Assembly: GCA_021798735.1 (NCBI GenBank)
Contig: JAJZCA010000001.1
Span: 1-57,293 of the forward strand
Source of the DNA: Acidobacteriota bacterium
Lineage (GTDB): Bacteria; Acidobacteriota; Terriglobia; Terriglobales; Acidobacteriaceae
Direction: 5' to 3'
Length of the DNA: 57,293 nt
The notes beneath the pieces were generated by a model. It ran no database searches. It was not told the origin of the DNA and worked only from the letters and a program-made list of their open reading frames with translations. Below are positions 53,317-57,293 of this stretch, piece after piece; the stretch's first letter is position 1, and each line of letters opens with the position of its first letter. Both the position numbers and the translations under genes were made by a program.

Positions 53317-55833
53317 CTACATCAGATGGACGGCGTCGACGTCGACGGTGAGATGACGGCGGGAAATTTCTGCGGTATCGGCGAAAGCGAGCATCTGGCG
53401 CACGGCGGCGGCGAGTTGTTTGCGCGACGATGCTTTCAATATCAAATGAAAACGATGGATGCGCTTGATGCGTCCGATGGGCGCGGCGGCGGGGCCGAGC
53501 ACGCGCACGCCGGGAAACGTCTGGTGCTGAAACCAGGTTCCTAACTGACTGGCCCACTGCGATGCCTTCGCCGGATCGGTGTGTTCAATCAGAATATTCG
53601 TCAGCATGGCCGCGGGCGGATAGTGCAGCAGGCGGCGATAACGCAACTCCTGCTCGACGAAGCCGAGGTAATTATGCTCGGCGGAGCAGCGGATGGCGTA
53701 GTGATCCATGTGATGCGTCTGCACCAGCACGCGACCGGGCAGATCCCCACGTCCGGCGCGCCCGGCGACTTGGGTGAGCAGTTGGAAGACGCGTTCGGCG
53801 GAGCGGAAATCGGGCAGGCTGAGCGCGTGGTCGACGCCGAGCACGCCGACCAGCGTGACGCCGTGAATATCGTGTCCCTTGGCAATCATCTGCGTGCCGA
53901 CCAGCAAATTGATTTCGCCGCTGTGCAGGCGGGCGAGAATGCGTTCGTAGTCGTGATGATGGCGCATGGTGTCGCGATCCATGCGGGCAATGCGGGCGTG
54001 GGGGAACAGTTCCTGCAATCGCTCTTCACCCTGCTGCGACCCGACACCGAAGAAGTACAGATGCTCGCTTTCACATTTCGGACAATGCTTTGGGACAGTG
54101 CGGCGAAAGCCGCAGTAATGGCATTCCATGCGCTGATGTACGGGCGGCTGCGTTTCGTCTTCTGTCGCGGACTTGTGATGCGTGAGGGCGATGGCACAGT
54201 TGTCGCACTCCAACTTATCGCCGCAGGCGCGGCACATGACGACGAAGGAATAGCCGCGCCGGTTCAATAGCAGCATGGCCTGTTCGCCGCGACCGAGCGT
54301 CGCCTCGATTTCCTCCATCATGGCGCGGGACAGCAGGGCTTCCTGGCCGGTCTCGGCAAACTCCTGGCGCATGTCGATCAAGGAGACTTCCGGCAGCGGT
54401 CGGTTCCCGACGCGCTGCTTTAGCGAGAGCAGCGAATATTTTCCACGCTGGGCATTGGCCCACGACTCCAGCGAAGGCGTGGCGGAACCGAGGACGACAG
54501 TGGCGCCCGCCAGCTTGGCGCGCATCACGGCGACATCGCGGGCGTGATAGCGGGGCAGCTCTGCCTGCTTGTAGGAGGTATCGTGCTCCTCGTCGATGAC
54601 GATCAGCGCGAGGTCGGCGATGGGCGCGAAGACAGCCGAGCGAGTGCCGACGACGACGTGGGCTTCGCCGCGACGGATGCGGTGCCATTGCGCGGTGCGT
54701 TCTGCGCCGCTGAGTGCAGAGTGCAGGAGCGCCACCTGATCGCCGAAGGTGAATCGCAGTTGCGCCAGCATGGCTGGCGTGAGGCCGATTTCCGGAACCA
54801 GGAGCAAGCTCGACAGACCGGCGTCGAGCGCTCGACGCATGGCGGCGATATAAACGGCGGTTTTTCCGGAGCCGGTGACACCGTGGAGCAGAAACGGCTG
54901 GAATTTTCGGGAGTGAACGCTGGCGGCAATCTGCAGCATGGTCTCTCGCTGCGCGTCGTTCAGCATGGCCTCGACCGGCACCGAGGAGGACGGCAGATCG
55001 CCGGAGAGAGCGAAGCTGTCGAGGGCGTCGACGGCGGGAACTTCTTCGATGCGTACCAGTTCGCGCCGGACCAAGGTGCCGAGGGTCGATTCTGGAAGGG
55101 AAAGCTGGCGAATTTCCGAGACGGTGAGACGGCCGCCAGCGCTGGCAAGTTCCGCGAGCAGGCGCTGCTGATTTTCGTTGAGCTTCGGCAGGCGCGCATC
55201 AGGGACAAGCACGGCAACACGCACCGTGGTGCGAAGTTCGCGCGCGGCGGCGGTGGATTCGCGCATGATGAGGCGCTTGGTGGCGAGCTGGTGCAGGAGT
55301 TCGGCGCTGGCAGAAGTGTTGTTGCGGAGCGTCGCGGCACGCGACTGGCCATGCTCAGAAAGAAATGCGAGGACGGCGTGCTCGGACTGATCGGCAGTAT
55401 TCGATTCCAGGGTTTGCTGCTGAGGAATCTCCAGTGCAGCCGCGCCGCGCGGCGTGATGGAGTAAACAATTTCTTTTCGCACCTCGGCACCGAGAGGAAG
55501 CATAGTGCGCAGCACTTCGCCGAGGGGAGCAAGATAATATTCGGCGATCCACGAGCCGAGTTGCATCAGGTGTTCGGAGAGCACCGGCTCGTGATCGAGG
55601 ACACGTAGGATGGGCCGGACCGTTGCTGAAGAAACACCTGGGGCTGAGGCGTCGCGTTCTGAGGCAGGAGAGCTGTCACGCAGCGCAACGACGACGCCCT
55701 GGAGCTGCTCGCGGCGAAAGGGAACGAGAACGCGACCGCCTACGACCGGGTCGCCGCAGCGAGCAGCCTCGATGGAATAGGTGAAGACGCGGTCGATTGG
55801 AACCGGCAACGCGACGTCACAAAAAAGCGGCAT
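53317..55833 (-). CDS. priA: Primosomal replication restart helicase PriA
   Basis: 'FCDVALPVPIDRVFTYS' N-terminus, Walker A 'LHGVTGSGKTAVY', DEAH-like 'LIVIDEEHD', the Cys-rich zinc region 'CRACGDKLECDNC...CHYCG...CPKC', and 'LVGTQMIAKGHD'. Confidence 0.95.
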   Translation of the reverse strand: MPLFCDVALPVPIDRVFTYSIEAARCGDPVVGGRVLVPFRREQLQGVVVALRDSSPASERDASAPGVSSATVRPILRVLDHEPVLSEHLMQLGSWIAEYYLAPLGEVLRTMLPLGAEVRKEIVYSITPRGAAALEIPQQQTLESNTADQSEHAVLAFLSEHGQSRAATLRNNTSASAELLHQLATKRLIMRESTAAARELRTTVRVAVLVPDARLPKLNENQQRLLAELASAGGRLTVSEIRQLSLPESTLGTLVRRELVRIEEVPAVDALDSFALSGDLPSSSVPVEAMLNDAQRETMLQIAASVHSRKFQPFLLHGVTGSGKTAVYIAAMRRALDAGLSSLLLVPEIGLTPAMLAQLRFTFGDQVALLHSALSGAERTAQWHRIRRGEAHVVVGTRSAVFAPIADLALIVIDEEHDTSYKQAELPRYHARDVAVMRAKLAGATVVLGSATPSLESWANAQRGKYSLLSLKQRVGNRPLPEVSLIDMRQEFAETGQEALLSRAMMEEIEATLGRGEQAMLLLNRRGYSFVVMCRACGDKLECDNCAIALTHHKSATEDETQPPVHQRMECHYCGFRRTVPKHCPKCESEHLYFFGVGSQQGEERLQELFPHARIARMDRDTMRHHHDYERILARLHSGEINLLVGTQMIAKGHDIHGVTLVGVLGVDHALSLPDFRSAERVFQLLTQVAGRAGRGDLPGRVLVQTHHMDHYAIRCSAEHNYLGFVEQELRYRRLLHYPPAAMLTNILIEHTDPAKASQWASQLGTWFQHQTFPGVRVLGPAAAPIGRIKRIHRFHLILKASSRKQLAAAVRQMLAFADTAEISRRHLTVDVDAVHLM

Positions 55834-55904
55834 AAGGCATGTTTACACGATGGAGGTGAGAGGGTGCCGGAACGCCCGAAATTCGTCGCTGCAGAAATGG
55901 CGAT

Positions 55905-56015
55905 GCAAACCGCGAGGTCCTTCGCTGCGCTCAAGATGGCAGTTCTGGTAGACGAGCGTGGAAACCTCAGGTCCCTCCACCGCGCTTCGGTCGGGATGAC
56001 AAATTCTTTGCCCCA
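55905..56015. repeat. Two tandem family-1-related repeat fragments
   Basis: The reverse complements read 'CCATCTTGAGCGCAGCGAAGGACCTCGC' (about 55905..55940) and 'GTCATCCCGACCGAAGCGCGGTGGAGGGACC' (about 55975..56013). These are variants of the GTCATYCYGAGCGAAG core. Confidence 0.5.
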
Positions 56016-56053
56016 CTCAAGCTAACAGAAGGCTTGAATTGCCAGCCAGAAAT

Positions 56054-56086
56054 CCCACATCTCAAAAGCGAGATGTGGGGCACCCA
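56054..56086. repeat. Family-2 hairpin repeat copy (CCCACATCTC-AAAAGC-GAGATGTGGG-GCACCCA)
   Basis: Perfect 10-bp stem lying 12 nt beyond the dienelactone hydrolase stop. Confidence 0.75.
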
Positions 56087-56097
56087 AATACTGCCGT

Positions 56098-56781
56098 TTA
56101 GTGGGTGGAGACCAGAAATTCGTCGAAATGCGCCAGGGTTCGCTGCTGTGCCAGTTTTGCGGCCGCCTCGTTGTAGCTGGCGCGCGCATCACAGCTGAAG
56201 CCATGACCGGCTCCTTCGTAGGTAAAGACGGAAAAGCCGGGATACTCGTGTCGCACCTGTTCGACCACGGTTTGCGGAATGTGGTTGTCCTCCAGGCCAA
56301 AGTGAAAGATGGCGGGGCAACTGAACCGTTCGTGGATGTAGTTCTGGATTCCGCCGGGATAGTACGAAACGGTCGCATCAGGATGGAGGCGCGTGTTGCT
56401 GACCCAGGCGAGTGTGCCGCCCCAGCAGAAGCCGACGACGCCGACTTTGCGTGCGCCATGCTCGCGAAGATACTGGATGGCCGCGGCACTGTCCGCGAGG
56501 GTTTGATCGAGCGGGATACGCTGGACGATTTGCATCCCCTGCTTGGCCTCTTCGGGTCCGTATGCCAACTCGACGTCGCGTTGGGCGCGGTCAAACAGCG
56601 CTGGCGCGATAGTCAGATATCCGGCGCGAGCAAAGCGATCCGCGACAGAACGGATGTGCGCGTTCACGCCAAAAATTTCCTGCAGGACGACAATGCCGGC
56701 TTTGGGCTCGCCGCTGGGTTGGGCGATGTACGCGTCAAATTTGTGGCCGTCAGCGGCCTGCAATTGTGTGTGCTGTGGCAT
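56098..56781 (-). CDS. Dienelactone hydrolase family protein
   Basis: 227 aa. 'GIVVLQEIFGVN.HIR..ADRFA..GY', the nucleophile elbow 'GVVGFCWGG', and a C-terminal 'GAGHGF'. Confidence 0.9.
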   Translation of the reverse strand: MPQHTQLQAADGHKFDAYIAQPSGEPKAGIVVLQEIFGVNAHIRSVADRFARAGYLTIAPALFDRAQRDVELAYGPEEAKQGMQIVQRIPLDQTLADSAAAIQYLREHGARKVGVVGFCWGGTLAWVSNTRLHPDATVSYYPGGIQNYIHERFSCPAIFHFGLEDNHIPQTVVEQVRHEYPGFSVFTYEGAGHGFSCDARASYNEAAAKLAQQRTLAHFDEFLVSTH

Positions 56782-56851
56782 TTCTTGTCTCCTCTTTCAA
56801 TGTTTAAGATGCAATTGCCACCCGGACGTTGATCGCAGTTGCATTTCGATT

Positions 56852-57293
56852 TCAGCTCTCGGTGCGTTTAGGTGGCGCGAGGTTGAGATACTTCATGGCG
56901 AGCTGCAAATCCTTCCATGTTTCGGCTTTTTGCCGGGGATCGCGCAGAAGGTAGGCCGGGTGGTAGGTGACGATCAACTTGGTGCCCATACAATCGTGCA
57001 GCTTGCCTCGCAGGACAGAGAGTGCCGCCTTCGAGCCGAGCAGATACGTGGCAGCGGTCGCACCCAGGGCGACGATCAGTTTAGGGCGTACAACGCCGAT
57101 TTGCTGAAACAGAAATTGAGTACAAGTATTCGCCTCGGCAGGTTCGGGTACGCGATTTTTCGGGGGTCTGCATTTCACGATGTTTGCGATGTAGACGCGC
57201 TGGCGATCCAACCCCATCGCAAGAATCATGTTGTTCAGCAACTGCCCGGCGCGCCCGACAAATGGGACACCTTGCTCATCTTCGTCCGCGCCG
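56852..57293 (-). CDS. Uracil-DNA glycosylase, family 4 (5' end beyond the window)
   Basis: The minus-strand translation continues to the window edge: '...[44 protein letters not shown]' and 'HPAYLLR'. The N-terminus is truncated by the window. Confidence 0.9.
   Translation of the reverse strand, partial: GADEDEQGVPFVGRAGQLLNNMILAMGLDRQRVYIANIVKCRPPKNRVPEPAEANTCTQFLFQQIGVVRPKLIVALGATAATYLLGSKAALSVLRGKLHDCMGTKLIVTYHPAYLLRDPRQKAETWKDLQLAMKYLNLAPPKRTES

Noticed and set aside
14174-56093. Whether the recurring palindromes constitute a CRISPR array
   Set aside because: The copies are dispersed over more than 40 kb and are each self-complementary. They are not separated by regular unique spacers, and no cas genes are present.

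Overview
This is a 57.3-kb, densely coding chromosomal segment. Hand counts of background blocks give about 60% GC. The gene content points to an Acidobacteriota (Terriglobia-like) genome, which is an inference: an acidobacterial-type VWA protein, very large BamA and TamB, a KdoO homologue, an expanded RpoN, and many 'GTCATTCTGAGCGAAG'-type palindromic repeats. I call about 52 protein genes, nearly all housekeeping:
- Envelope biogenesis: bamA / surA-like / tamB, and an lptC+lptA fusion followed by lptB-rpoN-hpf-rapZ.
- DNA metabolism: ruvA, ssb, recO, priA, and a family-4 UDG.
- Respiratory cofactor genes: ctaB, an ABC-2 transporter, DUF420.
- Other core functions: glyQS, lon, a moaD-moaE fusion, a ThiF/MoeB-like gene, aroK, pheA, an ECF sigma/anti-sigma pair, an hfq-like gene with suhB, and several transporters.

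I saw no rRNA, tRNA, CRISPR array, transposase or integrase. I do not see a clear-cut novel multi-gene system. The most unusual items are:
1. A low-GC two-gene cassette (an orphan protein plus a DUF2335-like membrane protein) wedged between rapZ and priA.
2. An 841-aa single-polypeptide LptC+LptA protein.
3. Two families of structured interspersed repeats. One is modular and nested. The other shows compensatory stem changes. Some copies reach into coding ends.
4. Translationally coupled hfq-like/suhB and moaDE/VWA pairs.
5. Two small ORFs missing from the ORF track.

All family assignments come from motif recognition by eye and memory of the families. No search was run.
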